Part shown: positions 50,902 through 63,878 of the stretch, piece after piece
Layout: each line of letters opens with the position of its first letter
How positions within the stretch are numbered: position 1 is the first letter of the stretch
Source: Hemiscyllium ocellatum
Lineage: Eukaryota
Length of the DNA stretch: 64,000 nt
NCBI RefSeq assembly: GCF_020745735.1
Contig: NC_083427.1
Location: 1,209,438 to 1,273,437, forward strand
Direction of reading: 5' to 3'
The notes under the pieces: generated by a model
The model's database searches: none
What the model saw: only the letters and a program-made list of their open reading frames with translations
Told to the model about the DNA's origin: nothing
Position numbers and translations under genes: made by a program

Positions 50902-51257
50902 ACCATGCATGCTGCACGCTCTCACAGGCTTACACCCCATCACACTCACCCACATATTTAACCAAGCTTACACACAAGTACACATTCTCCCACATGCATT
51001 CACACCCATACACTTACTTTGTCCCTCCTGCATGCACACACATGCAATTTTATGAGGTGAACGTGCTTTAGCAAAATTGTACGTTTTTTCTCTCAAAAAT
51101 GTATAACCTACAGCCAATCAACGTAAGATTCTGTTAATTCCACTTCAGGAATATGACCAGTCTGCCCCAACATGAGGACACAACCATACTCTAACCTTAC
51201 ACCCTTAATGCATTATCTGAGCTGAGATGACAGCTTTTGTTAGAAAGCTCGAAGTTA

Positions 51258-51564
51258 TTAGATTTGATTAGATTACTTACAGTGCGGAAACAGGCCCTTT
51301 GGCCCAACAAGTCCACACCGACCCGCCAAAGCGCAACCCACCCATTTACCCCTTACCTAATACTACGGGCAACTTATCCTGGCCAATTTACCTAACCTGC
51401 ACATCTTTGGACTGTGGGAGGAAACCGGAGCACCCGGAGGAAATACACGCAGACACGGGGAGAACGTGCAAACTCCACACAGTCAGTCGCCTGAGTCGGG
51501 AATTGAACCCGGGTTTCTGGCGCTTTGAGGCAGCAGTGCTAACCACTGTGCCACCGTGCCGCCC
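51258..51564 (-). mobile_element. Young V-SINE inserted in the right arm of a PLE
   Basis: Near-identical in layout to the copy at 796-1112, with (tagat)n tail at 51258-51275. Confidence 0.93.
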
Positions 51565-52289
51565 ACTAATACTGAGAATGAGTCTTAAAAGGAGTTCTGG
51601 GAGTTACATATTAACGGACAGGAGCTCGCAAAAGAATTCTGAAAGATGAAAGACTTAATCTAAGTTTGTTTAATATATTTCAGTCACATGACACTGTAAC
51701 GTTTTGCTCTAAATGCTGTGACTTATGTTCCTGCTCCACATCTACCTGATGAAGAAGCAGCGCTTCCAAAACTAATGCTTCCAAATGGACCTGTTAGTCT
51801 ATAATCTGGTGTTGTTTCATTTCCAACTTTTTTCACTCCAGTATATTATTGGATCCTCCAAATCTTGAGAAACAATAATAACATCTCAACTCAAATAAAA
51901 AAAGAAACATTTGCTTTGTCTCTGTAACTCTGGCCCTTCTCAGAAAGACCGTGCTATGCACAGAATATAAAATAACATGAAATAGACTCCTCAAGTTCAT
52001 GAAATTGTGGAAGTAGCTTTTAACTCATACAGAATCGAACTGAGATCACAAGGACATTCGGGAGAAAATTGAAAATAGTAAATGCAAGATCTGGCAATAT
52101 AAACGTTTGACAAGCAATTGGATTTTCCTTTGGAATAGTTGGCGTTTTAAATCAATTATCTCTAATCACTGGCCCCAAGAATATCCATACTGAATTATCA
52201 ATTTTATGAATCACAATCGTAAAGTAGGAACACTGTAAAACTTCGCATTTGTTTTCCCTCTCTCTCAAAGATCTAGACACCACTCTGAT

Positions 52290-52650
52290 CCCTGGGATGC
52301 CAAGGCTTTCGTATGAAGGAAGACTGGGCTGATTTGATTATTTTCACTATAGTTTAGAAGAATGAAGAATGATCTCATAGAAGTCTATGCATTTGTGATA
52401 GGCGCAGGTCAGGCACACGTAGGAAGGATGTTCTCGATGTCTCGGGAATCTAGAAACAGGATTCATAAATTTATGGTACACGTAACATGCTGAAGACTGA
52501 GATGAGTCAAAATGCTTTCTGCCAATCATGGCGAAGTTTGTCAAAGATTCTGCCACTGAAACCCTTGAGGCCAAGCGTTGAATGTTTTCAGGAACGAGTT
52601 CGATATTGTTCTGAGGATTAAAGGGTTCAGAGGGTATGGTGAGAAAGCAG
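52290..52650 (-). mobile_element. CR1-type LINE 3' fragment
   Basis: Reverse of the typical 3' region (gatctcatagaagtctat..., aggaaggatgtt). Confidence 0.65.
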
Positions 52651-52699
52651 GGGCGGGTAGTTTGTTTCTTTTTAAAAATTGCTAAAGAGCGGAAACACA

Positions 52700-53035
52700 C
52701 CCTTTGGCCTTGCAAATGTGCTCCGATCCTTCGAACTGCACCCCACACAGACACCGCCCCCACCCCCATAACCCTTTCGCTGTAAGTCGACTTGTCCCAT
52801 GACTAACGTACCTAACCTACACATCCCTGAACACAATGCGCAATTTATTTGAAACAAAATGGTAAACCGTACCTCTTTCGATTGTGGCAGGAAACCAGAG
52901 AACCCAATGGAACCCGAAGCAGGCATGATGAGAATGTGAAAACTCAACATAGGCTCTTGCCCAAGCATGGAATTGAAACCAGGTTCCTGGTGCTGCGCGA
53001 TAGCAGTTGGATGAAGAACAATGACCACATTGAAT
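52700..53035 (-). mobile_element. Degenerate V-SINE
   Basis: ggaattgaaaccaggttcctggtgctgcgcgatagcag... and V-domain remnants on the minus strand. Confidence 0.65.
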
Positions 53036-53089
53036 AGGGGAGAAAGTTTGAAATGCCCAATGACAAACCACTCTCCTTTTTTCATTTTT

Positions 53090-54830
53090 ATTTATTCATT
53101 TGTTGAATATATGTGTTCCTGGCTGGCCAGTGTTTATTTCCAATATCTATTGTCCGTTAGATGTTGTTGGTGAACTGCCTTCTTGAACCACAGCTGTGCA
53201 ACTACTGTAGGTTTACCCAGAATGCCATGCTGGAGGGAATTCCAGGATTTTGAACCAACAACAGTGAAGGAACAGATACATACTTCCAAGTCAGATTGAT
53301 GAATGGCTGGGAGGGGATTTGAAGGTGGTGGTCTTCCCATGTCCTTGTCCTTCCAGACCAAAGTGGTATTGGGTTTGGAGGATTCTGTCTGAAGACTTGT
53401 GACGAATTTCCACAGTGCATCTTGAGGATAGTATACTCTGCTGGTACTGATTGTTGGTAGTGAAGCGAGTGGATGCTTCAGGTTTTGTTGCCAATCAAGT
53501 AGTTTGCTTTGTTCTGGATAATGCCCAGCTTCTTGAGTGTCGTCGGGGGCTGGACCTTGTCAGGCAAGTGTAGAGTATTCCATCACACTGCTGACCTGCG
53601 ACTTGTAGATTCTGAATAGGCTTTGAGGAGCCAGAGGTGAGTGACTTTTCGCAATATTCTTAGTCTTTGACCTGCTGTTGTATCAACTATGCTCATGGGG
53701 TGAATCCAGTTGAGTTTCTGGTCAATGATAAGCCCAACAATATTAATGACAGGAGATATATTGATGGCAACAGCATTGAATGTCAAGAGGCGGTGACTAT
53801 ATTGACTTTTACTGGTGATGATCATTATCTTGCATTTTTGTGATACGAATGATTCTTCACAACTGTCAGCTCAGACTGCAATTTTTTTCAGATGATATTG
53901 CGTTTGAAAATGGAATGCTTCAGTATTTGAAGAGTCATGAATAGTTCGAAAGATGTTGCAATCATCACGAACATTCCCACTTCTGGCCTAGTGATGGAGA
54001 GAAGGTCATTGATGAAGCAGCTGAAGATGTTTGGACCAAAGTACAGTACCCTGAGGAACCTTGCAGAATTGTCTTCAACTTTAGATGACTCATATTTCAC
54101 AGCCAGGAGGATTTTTTTTGTGTGTTCTGTATGACTTTACCGAGTGGAGAGTTTTCCCCTTATTTATTGAAGGTTTGCAAAGTCTCACTGATAACAAACC
54201 CGGTGGAATGCTGCATTTAGTCATCGGATGTCACTTTCACCTTAACTCTGGAATTCAGCTGATTTGCCCATTATTGAATCAAAGCCGGCATGAGATCAGG
54301 AGCTGAATGGCACCGGCTTATCCCAAACTGGGCATGATTGAACAGGTTTTTGTTGATCAGGTGCTACTTGATTGCAGGTTGTTGGCACATTCTATCACTT
54401 TACTAATGGTTAAGAGATCAATGCTGGGAGGATGATTAGCTATATTGGATTTTTCTAGCTTATTGTGTACAAGACATAGGTAGGCAATGTCGGGTAGACG
54501 CCAGTGTTGCAATTGTACTGGAGCAGCGAGGCTACGGGAGTGGCAAGTTGTGGAGGAAATTTCTTCAATACTATCACCAGAATGTTTTCAGGACCTGTAG
54601 TCTTTGCAGTATCCAGTGTCTACAACCGTTTCTGAATATGAGGTGGAGTGAATCAAATTGGCTGGGGAACACTGGAACAGGCCAAGATGAATCATCCACA
54701 AAACGCTCCTATCTGAAGGCTTTGCGAAAACTTTAGCCTTACCTTTTGCTCTGATGTGCGAAATATTAATATCAAAATAGCTAGTGGCTAATAAATGGGA
54801 ATGAGCACAGACATTTTGTTTGAATGTGGG
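53090..54830 (-). mobile_element. Second CR1/L2-group LINE family, RT to 3' end
   Basis: Minus-strand GPNIFSCFINDL.SI.RPEVGMF (RT core), LGLIIDQKLNW, AGQRLRILRKV. Confidence 0.8.
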
Positions 54831-57534
54831 CACAAAGATCTCAAAAGGAATTACATTGAAAGCCCATGATCATTACCGCGAAAATAGTTCTCATCACTTT
54901 GCGGCTCAATGAAACATCCCTGATCATTTCAATGAAGCAAGTGAAAAGTGGGCTGACTTTGTGGACGTTTAAATCACTTTGATATGTATTCTGCCCTGAA
55001 GCAATTTCCTCCATTGCATACAAATGGAATTCTCATCAACTATTGCGCAGAGTCTTGCAGTTTAACAGCGGCAACTCAAAGGTTATAAAGACGCTGCATG
55101 AAATTTATCTATTCACTAATGCAAGAAATTATGTCTCCATTAGCTATGCGATTGACACTGGAATCAATTTAATACCGCGAGAATACCACAAGCAAACGAG
55201 AGGCAATCTTCCGTCTATTTGATACAGAATTGTGCACGCAGGATGAGATAATAACATGAGCTATGAATTTATTTGCCTCCCAAGATTACTTGATTCTGTT
55301 GGGGTCCGGCTATATCTATATGTGGCAATGATGAGCGAGGTGAATTAGATTTTCGTTGTGAAATGGAGACTGAATAAAAAACGGCATTGGGCTCACATTT
55401 CTACTGGGTATTACAAGGAGAGATGGGCATTAAGTTTAGTTTAGTTTTGATCGGGGGTTTTGAGAGAAGGCAGACCATTGGAGGTAATTTTTCCAGGATG
55501 CCGGACTGTGGGCTGGCGACTGAGCAATGTAGTCGTTCCCAGATATTTTTCTAGCCAATGAAGAGTGAGGGAATTGGAATCCTACTTTGTGATTGTTACA
55601 ACGCCTGATGATGTATTAGGCAGTGCGGTTATTTTCAGAGTGATATTGGGTATAGGAGAGTGAGTTGAGCTCTGGAATTATTGTTCATGACTGCAAAAGA
55701 GCCGGATGTGACACAGGCTTAGTTATCATAATCTGCTTCATTAAGAAGAATCTTTCCATCAGAAGGTCAGAACTAGCAATGCCTACTTATTATTGCACAA
55801 AATTCAGCACGATCTGCGACTCCTCAGATTGTGAAGACACACGTTTGGGGCAGGTGATCCTTGACCCAGTCAGGACCAATCTTCTTACGATTTTACAGCG
55901 ACGACACAAAGACTGAGCGGTTTGTCATTGAATTCTCCTCATAACATTCGAATCATTTTCCAGGCAGTGCCATGAAATGATTTTGTTCTATTCTTTCTTA
56001 TAAATAATAATGACCATTTGTCGTTAAACTGTGATTATTTGCACTACAATCTTCGAATTAGTCAAACATTAGCAACAATGAGAACGTTTTTAGTATCTAT
56101 CTTTCTAGAAAAAGAGATAGAACAGCACAGATCACATGGAGACACCTACCCGGAGCTTGAATTCCAAAGCAACATATGCAATTATGCAAAATAAGACTCT
56201 GTTTCATTGACTACCCTATATCCCAGAGGAAGATCATTCAATGTTTAAACTATATTTAGTTCAATTCCAAATTCAGTTTTAAATGAATTTAAGCATTGCA
56301 CATGACCAAATGGAAGGATTTAGATGAACGTAACGTGGAATGGAACAAAACGTTAGAAAGGGAGATTGATTTACATCTGAAGCCTGCACTGCCATTGAAA
56401 CTAATTCTTGTCTTTTACACACTATTCTATGTAACTCCCGGAACAGAACAGGTTTTCACTTGATCTCACTGAAATCGACAGAATATCTCTTGAAGTCTGT
56501 TATGACCAGTGTCCAGATGAGACACAATTGAAAATGGATAACCCTCGCATACCGAAACATGTTTACTGATTTCATTGCTCTGTTTGTTAGCTATAATGAT
56601 ACACAAATGTTTGCTTGTGAAATGCCAAGAACTACAGAAATATGCTCAAAACGTTCACTTGTGGCATTTTCAGCTCTCCAGTATACCACTTCGTACGGGT
56701 TTATAATCATTGAAATATAAAACAAACTTATGCAAGTTTTAATCAATCAATATTTAACTGTAAACATCTACCACAATCTGATGATCTTCATATCACAACC
56801 TCCTGTACTACGCCAAATATGATTTGAACAAGACACCCGATATTTGAAAGATAGCTGTGTCTGAATATCCAAAACGAACAGCAAAAATCATGAGCAGTCT
56901 GATTCCATTTTGTATCTACTTTTACAGTCTTCTTTAGTAAAACTTCAGCTTCACAACTGCAGATGATGAACAATATCATTTATTTAGAAGTTTATTTTTC
57001 CTCGGAATCTTTGTTTTATATTCTTCAGAGTTATTTACGCCATTTGGAACTGAACCTTATACTGCCATTTTCATTTCCTGTCGGCCAATGTTATGCCTCA
57101 CTTGTAGAAAAATCCGCATGCATTTAATTTTTGTCTCATAGTACATTGTGATCTTCAAATACACTGGCCTAACCTTCCATTTTGTTCATCTCCTTTTCCC
57201 GTTAGGCACTTTGCAGACTCCAAGAATCAATACTTATTCCATAGCCTCAGAGCCGACCGCATGATACCCGTAATCCATTTTCCTCATGTTATTTCCCTGC
57301 CCTCCCACCCAGACGTTGACTTATTTGTCTTTTGTTTACTTTTCTCTCAGCAGAGAGGACCCGTCTTTGTCCCTTCACACATCGAAGAACGCCTGTTATA
57401 CATTTTTATTTCCTTTTCACCACAATAAACATCGCTTATTTTTATACCACGCCTCCACATTACGGGTTCTCTTTGCACATTCTCCACCTCTGTCAGAAGG
57501 ATAAAATAAAAACACCTTTCAGCACTGTTTCGTT

Positions 57535-57620
57535 CTGAAAAACAGTCAGACTGGACTTGAAACATTAACTTTGTTTCTTTCTCCACAGCTGTTGCCAGAA
57601 ATGCTGAGTTTAATCCAACA
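57535..57620 (+). mobile_element. Solo PLE terminal-repeat remnant with decayed hammerhead
   Basis: CTGAAAAacagtcagactggacttGAAACattaactttgtttctttctccacagctgttgccaga. Confidence 0.6.
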
Positions 57621-59739
57621 AGTGCCTCAGTTATTTCGTATCGCTTCTTAGTCAGTCAGTTCATTCTTCCAATATACTTCATGACCAATGGTAAGTGTAG
57701 CCGAATTTCCTCATCAGGCACCTTGAAATACCCAATTACAAACGCACACAGCACCCTATGGAGCAGCCTGGATCAATCCATGCAAGGATTCACAAAGCTG
57801 ATGGAGAATGGTGAATCCTCTTTGCGATTCCATTGCAGTTACACATATTGACAGTGTCAGGAAGCATCCCAGTGTATATTGAGGTATGGTAGCATTGAAT
57901 CTTCTTGCACAGAGAGCATTCAAATGTTCAACGACAGTCAGTTGAACAAAAGGTTTTCTTTTATTTCAGTTTGCTTTTTCTAAATAGGATGAACGACAAA
58001 TCTTTATTTAGATTCTTTCCCAACAAATGCCTGAGATCATATGACACTAGAAAGCGAGAAAAAAAACTGACTTTGTGTAGAAATTTGTATCTGTTTGCAG
58101 ATTATTCTTTGGACATGGCGAATAAAACAAATCCTCAGCAGAGTATAAAAATCTCGGTGTGATTGTCTGCATGAACATAACTGCACATATTATGTGAAGC
58201 CGCAAACATTCATGGGTGCGTTGAGCACAAGATTCCTGAGCAAAAATTGCTAAACAAACTGTTAATTTGAGATTTTCGTCAAGATCTGCTGCTCAGGTTG
58301 TGGGACAGTTTGCTGGTTTGCTCGCTGACGTGGGAGTTTTCCTTTCAGACGTTTTACTGCCATGCTAGGCAACATAATTAGTGAACATCCATCGAAGCGG
58401 TGTTATTCTGTGCCACTTGGTACTGATGTGTCTTGGTATGTTTCGGTGTATGTTATCATTTGCAGTTCAACGTCTGAGAGGTTGGTAACTGGAGTCCAAA
58501 TCGATAAGTTTTTTTTTATTGAAGTTCTGTTTTGAATGCTAGCTCTCTCGGAATTCCCACAAGTAAGTTTTGTTCAGACTGACATAGGATGCATGCATTT
58601 CCCCAGTCAACATAGTTATATCGACAGACAGACAGATTGACAGATGGACAGATCGACAGACAGAAGATTTGATTACTTTCCTATGACAGGTGTTGAACTG
58701 AGTGTTCCACAGCTATTTGGTTTGTGCTCCGGATCATTTGTAAACATGCGAACCTCACCTGGGAACATTCCAAAATGCAGGAAATAATATAGATTGAAAA
58801 GCCTCACAGAGCAAGATGTTCATCCTGTTCAAGGGTTTAAGCTGCTGCATGGTGTCCATTACTGAAATGTTTAAATTCTCGCTAAAGATGTATGCAAAAT
58901 GTTGAATAACTAATTGAAAAAATAACGTGCTGGTAGACAAAATAGATAGTATACAAGGAGAAAAGTTGCATTTGAAATGTCATCTTTGCAGCAAATGCAG
59001 AAATGTGGAAAGTAGTCAATGATTGTTAGGTATGGAAATATTAGCATGCCAATTCGAATGTCAATACGATTGAATGCTGGGTGTGTACAGAGGTCAATGG
59101 GGGAAGTCAGGAGTCAGCATACAGCAATACTCTGATTCACAGTTGATTATTGTACAGTTGGATGAATCGATGGATAGAGGGATAGATAGTGAGATAGAGT
59201 GATAGAGAGGTAGATAGATATATTTCTCTTCAATTTTCTATTTTTCTTCTAAATTTTTCCTTTGCACTTCTCTGACCCTGGACACACTGTCGTATTCAGA
59301 CCTGGGTCTCTGCATTTGATCATTTTTATTTAAAAATCCTCAAGTTTGTAACTCTTGACATTAAATGTTATCCTTTCTTCGAGGTCATTGCTTGATTTTA
59401 TAGGAACATACTGGGTCTGAAATTCTGCTATTTTCTTCTTGACGACTCCTCTAGTTCTGACGACTTGATCTGCAAGTATGTTCTCCCAGTGGACATCGAC
59501 CAATTTGCATTTTTGTTAATTAATTACCCTGTCCAGATGTCAGTGCTCTTATTCTCAGGCAGTCTTCGTTATTTTTCCTTTGCTATCCAAATTCGAACTG
59601 GGTTATGTTTATTATCTCTACATTGCTCATTTGTAAATATAACTTACCAATTTCTTTTCATATTCTTCTGGATTGTGAGTGAACCTGTCAAGCTTCCTCA
59701 TTGTCTTTTGAACTACGTTCATTCAGGCAAGTGATTAGT

Positions 59740-61190
59740 AGTCCATCGCACTCCAGATTTAAGCATTCTACATAGTATAAAGGCTTTAGAATGTCAGGAG
59801 TTGAGTTATTCACTGCAGTATTTCAAGCTTCTCAACTGCATTTGCAGCACTTATCTTTGTATAGCTCCTCGAGTACACTTTCTGGTCAAGGGCAACGCCC
59901 ACGATGTTGATAATGTAATTTGTTGGACATATATATTGTCTGAGATGTTTGTGCCATGAATGCTACTTGTCACTTGCCATTCCAAGCCTGAGTATTGCAT
60001 TTGCCTTTGTGCATTTGAACGTGGGCCTCTTCATTACGTAGTTAATGGTGCTAACTGTTGTGCAACTATCAGCGACCATCTCGTGATATGATAAAGTGAG
60101 CATCATTGATGAAGCAGCTAAAGATGGTTTGGACAGGACAACAGCCTGAGGAATTCCAGCAGAGATGTTGTGGAAGAGAGATGACTGATCTCCAAAATTC
60201 GCAAATAGCTTCCTTTCTGCCAGATATGAATGCAATCATTAAACTTTTGCTTCCAAAATGTTTTGGAAATAAAGTATCAAAATGTAGTGTTACAATTCTG
60301 TTCGGGGTCCACCGAATGCTACGAGATTTGAGAGAATACCATTAAGTCATCATGTAAGTTTGTACAACAATAAATGGATTTTAAGTTAGACATCTTTTGG
60401 TTTTCCTGTTGTGTGGAGAATATGAAGAAGACTGAACATCAGGACCTAACTATGGAAATGTAATTTTCCTATTTGCTTCTCATCTGCAAGTTGCGAATAG
60501 AGATCGGAGTGCTGAATAGTGTCAAAGAGGGAGGGAAGGCAGAGATAGTTGATTTGGAGGGAGTGCCATGTAATTGGGTGTAACAAGTGCCTTGTATCTA
60601 CCTTCAGCCAATTAAAAGCTGACATCAGGAATCAGACTTTGATAGCATATCGTGATGGTTTGCTACCTCGCAACTGATCTCTGAATGTCCATTGATATCT
60701 CATGTATGTAAATCCCTTAAGATGTTTCTAAAATGTGATGAGATATTCATCGATATGACAGAACAGAACCTGTCCCCATTAAGGGATTGTTCTTGATTCA
60801 GTTTGCAAAGGCATTAATAACTTATTTGGTTTGGTGCCTAAATGTGACAAAAAAGGATTCTTTTTAAAAAAAAATACGAAACGATTTCTGTCACCTTCAC
60901 TTGCCAAATGTTTTTCCAGGTGTGAGAAGAGAAATTCATTACCTCTACCAGATGGTACATTTAACCCATGGCTCCAAGTATGACGGGGAATTACTCGTTC
61001 GGGAATTGCTTCGGATCGTAGAAGCAATTCCAATTCTCTTATGTGCAGGAGCAGGAATTCCGATAGTATGCATGACCTCAGTTATTACAACATTGACAGT
61101 CCATGAACTGGACATGGTCTTGACTCCCAGTAGTTGCATGTCAGTGCTGAACATTGGATGAAGATGCATCCAAATCTTCAGACATTGCGT
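59740..61190 (-). mobile_element. Fragments of the second CR1/L2-group LINE family
   Basis: AGIPQAVVL..PSLAASSMML (GVPQGSVLGPTIFSCFINDL-like) at about 60100-60170, plus an upstream piece at 60950-61190. Confidence 0.6.
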
Positions 61191-61199
61191 TTTCTTTGA

Positions 61200-62440
61200 A
61201 AGAGTCATCGAATCATAGGGATATACAGCGTAGAAACAGACCGTTCTGTCCAAGTTGGCTCTGACGAAAATATATTGTAAGCTATTCTCGTGCCATTTTC
61301 CAGCACTTGGCCCATATCCCGCGCAACCCTTTCTATTCACACACCCACCCATATGCCTTTCAAATGCTGAGATTGCACCACCCTCCACCATTTTCTCTGG
61401 CAGCTCATTTCATATATGTGCCACAATCTACGCACAAAGGCTGCCCCTTAGGTACCATTTATATCCTTCACTCCTTATACTAAAAGAAAACCCTTTAATT
61501 CTGGACTTGCACACCTCAGGGAAAAGACTTGTCTGTTTTCTCCTATCGAAGCCCCTCACGATTTCTTTAGGGTTAATACTGAGCCTCCGATGTTCCAGAG
61601 AAAACAGCCCCAGCCTCTTCAGTCTCGCCCTAGAAGTCAAATCCTCCAACACTGCCAACATGCTTGTACTTTTTTCCTCACTCTTTTAAGTTTCACAACA
61701 TCATTTCGATAAGAAGGAGACCAGAATTGCACAAAATATTCCAGAAGTGGCTGAAGCAACGACTTGTACAGCCGGAACGTGACATCCGAATTCCTATATT
61801 CAGTGCTCTGCCTAATGAAGGAAAGTATTATCAAACACTTCTTGATTATCCGATCCACCTGCAACTCTACTTTCAAGGAACTATGAACCTGCACTCCAAG
61901 GTCTCTCTGTTCAGCAACACTCCCCAGGACCATTCCTTTAAATATAAATGTCCAACTTTGGTTTGTATTTCCAAAAAAAAACAACATCTCACGTTTTTCT
62001 GAATTAACCTCCGTCTGCCATTCGTCAGCCCAAAGGTGGGCGGCACAGTGACACAGTGGTTAGCACTGTTGCCTCACAGCGCCAGAGACCTGGGTTCAAT
62101 TCCTACCTCAGGCGACTGTCGGTGTGGAGTTTACACATTCTCATCGTGTCTGCGTGGGTTTCTTCCGGGTGCTCCGGTTTCCTCCCACAATCCAAAAATA
62201 TGCAGGTTAGGTGAATTGGCCTTGCTAAATTGCCCATAGTATTAGGTGAAGGGTGGGGGGCGGGGGGTGGTGGTGGTGGAATGGCTCTTAGTGTGTTGCG
62301 CTTCGGTGTTTTGGTGTGGACTTGTTGGTCCGAAGCACCAATTTCCACACTGTAAACAATCTAATCTAATCTAAAATGTGATCAAGATCCCGTTGTACTC
62401 TGAGGTAACCTTCTTCATTGTCCACTTCGCCTCGAAGCTT
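61200..62440 (-). mobile_element. CR1-type LINE 3' fragment interrupted by a SINE
   Basis: Minus ORF VAEQRDLGVQVHSSLKVELQVDRII...LYKSLLQPLLEYFVQFWSPSYRNDVVKL; 3' tail agtcatcgaatcatag. Confidence 0.88.
62036..62373 (+). mobile_element. V-SINE nested in a minus-strand CR1
   Basis: A/B boxes, V-domain, G-rich spacer and (aatct)3 tail; CR1 sequence resumes at 62374 (tgatcaagatcccgttgtactctgagg). Confidence 0.92.
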
Positions 62441-63169
62441 GGTGCTCTTTCCTGAAACTGTGCAGAATTGTCATTGGTTTCTCTCTGAGTTCAAATAGGC
62501 AATTACTGCTTCCAATACACTGATAAAATCGCCTTGCAACAACAGACAAAAATTGTCAGGTTTTTAAAGGTGAATGAAATTTTCAGCAATTAAATGGAAT
62601 ATGTAATGATGTAGATGCAGTAAACTTTTACTGGCAAAGTTTGGGAGCATATGTAGACGATAGAGGAACTCAGTGATGAAATAGCATCATTCATAAGGGA
62701 GAGGATAGCATGGAAGATGGGTCAGGCGTGAGGTATGGATGGAAGTATAGAACCCAGAGGTCTGGAGTGAACCACAGTGACGGCTTTTAGAAAAGCATGC
62801 ATAGTTAAGAATAGAATGAAAGCGTTAAAATAACTTCCTGATAGAGCACAATTGAGAGAAATTAGTCATATCCATGACACATGACATTCCCAACGTTTGC
62901 TGCACATCCGCCACTTCATCAACACAATCTTCAAAATTGACATGGTGACAATATCTCAAGTCCTTTTTTTCCGATGGACTGCAGCATTTAACTCCCACTG
63001 CCTCAGTGAGAGGATCAGTATGTTTGTGGCATAACTGAGAATTATCACAACCAGTACTCTATCAGTGCAGGGTCAGTTTGTTTAGAAATATATTTTCAAT
63101 TTTCCCACATAGCTCATGGAGTGCACTTTGTTGTTTCGGTAAAGTATCAAAGGCACGTTTTAGAGCTGG

Positions 63170-63800
63170 AACACACCAACCATAGAATCAAAAGTTCATA
63201 GAGATGTACAGCATCGAAACAGAGCCTTCGGTCTGACTCGTCCATTTCAGTCTGATATCCTAAATTAATCGAGTCTTATTTGCCAGCAGTTGTGTCATAT
63301 CTATATAAAAACTTTCGAGTTCGACACCCATCCAGTTGTGTTTTAAATGCTGCAGTTGTACCAGTCTCTACCATCTCCTCTGGCAGTTCAATTCCACATA
63401 TGTACTATCTTCTGTCTGGAAAAAGTTGCTGCTTATGTCCCTTTTTAAAACTTTTCCCTCTCACCCTCATTCTCTGCCCTCTAGTTCTGGACTCTCCGAC
63501 TCCAAGAAAAAGGTCGTTTCGGTTTATCCTATCCATGTCCCTCATGACTTTATAAACCTCAATGTGGTCAACCCTCAGCTTCTAACGCTTCAGGGAAAAC
63601 GGTCCCAGCCTATTCTCCCTCTCCCTCCAGCTCTTCAAACCTGGCGACATCGTTGTAAATCATTTTTGTACCCTTCCATGTTTCGCAACAACATTTCTGT
63701 GGGGAATGTGTGGGGGCGGGAAGGGGGGTGGGGGGTGGTTGAATGGGGTGGTGGAGTCCAGGACTGCACACACTATTCCAATCACCGGGGCCCGGCAGGT
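63170..63800 (-). mobile_element. CR1-type LINE 3' fragment
   Basis: Tail catagaatcaaaagttcatagag at 63180 followed by the reverse-complement 3' UTR. Confidence 0.8.
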
Positions 63801-63878
63801 AGTAAGTCGTTCTCGAAATGAAAACCTTGACAATTCTACTGACAGAGGCTTTAAAGTCATGGATAGAAATCGAAGAAG

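Larger units (their letters stand above)
48742..51863 (-). mobile_element. Penelope-like element (GIY-YIG fragment) with inverted, CA/TG-rich terminal arms
   Basis: Minus strand CKTCQSI...SANVAYLIHCRQRYPQTWYISEVEQTPQQRVNGH (GIY-YIG-like) at about 49690-49920. Arms 48742-49340 and 50910-51830 are diverged reverse complements; possible TSD cttgacgaacaa / cttgagaaacaa (10/12). Confidence 0.8.

Noticed and set aside
54345-54385. GGTTTTTGT nonamer
   Set aside because: No heptamer at the right spacing; lies inside a LINE fragment.
58620-59222. (GACA)n and (GATA)n-like tracts
   Set aside because: Ordinary degenerate microsatellites with no further structure.
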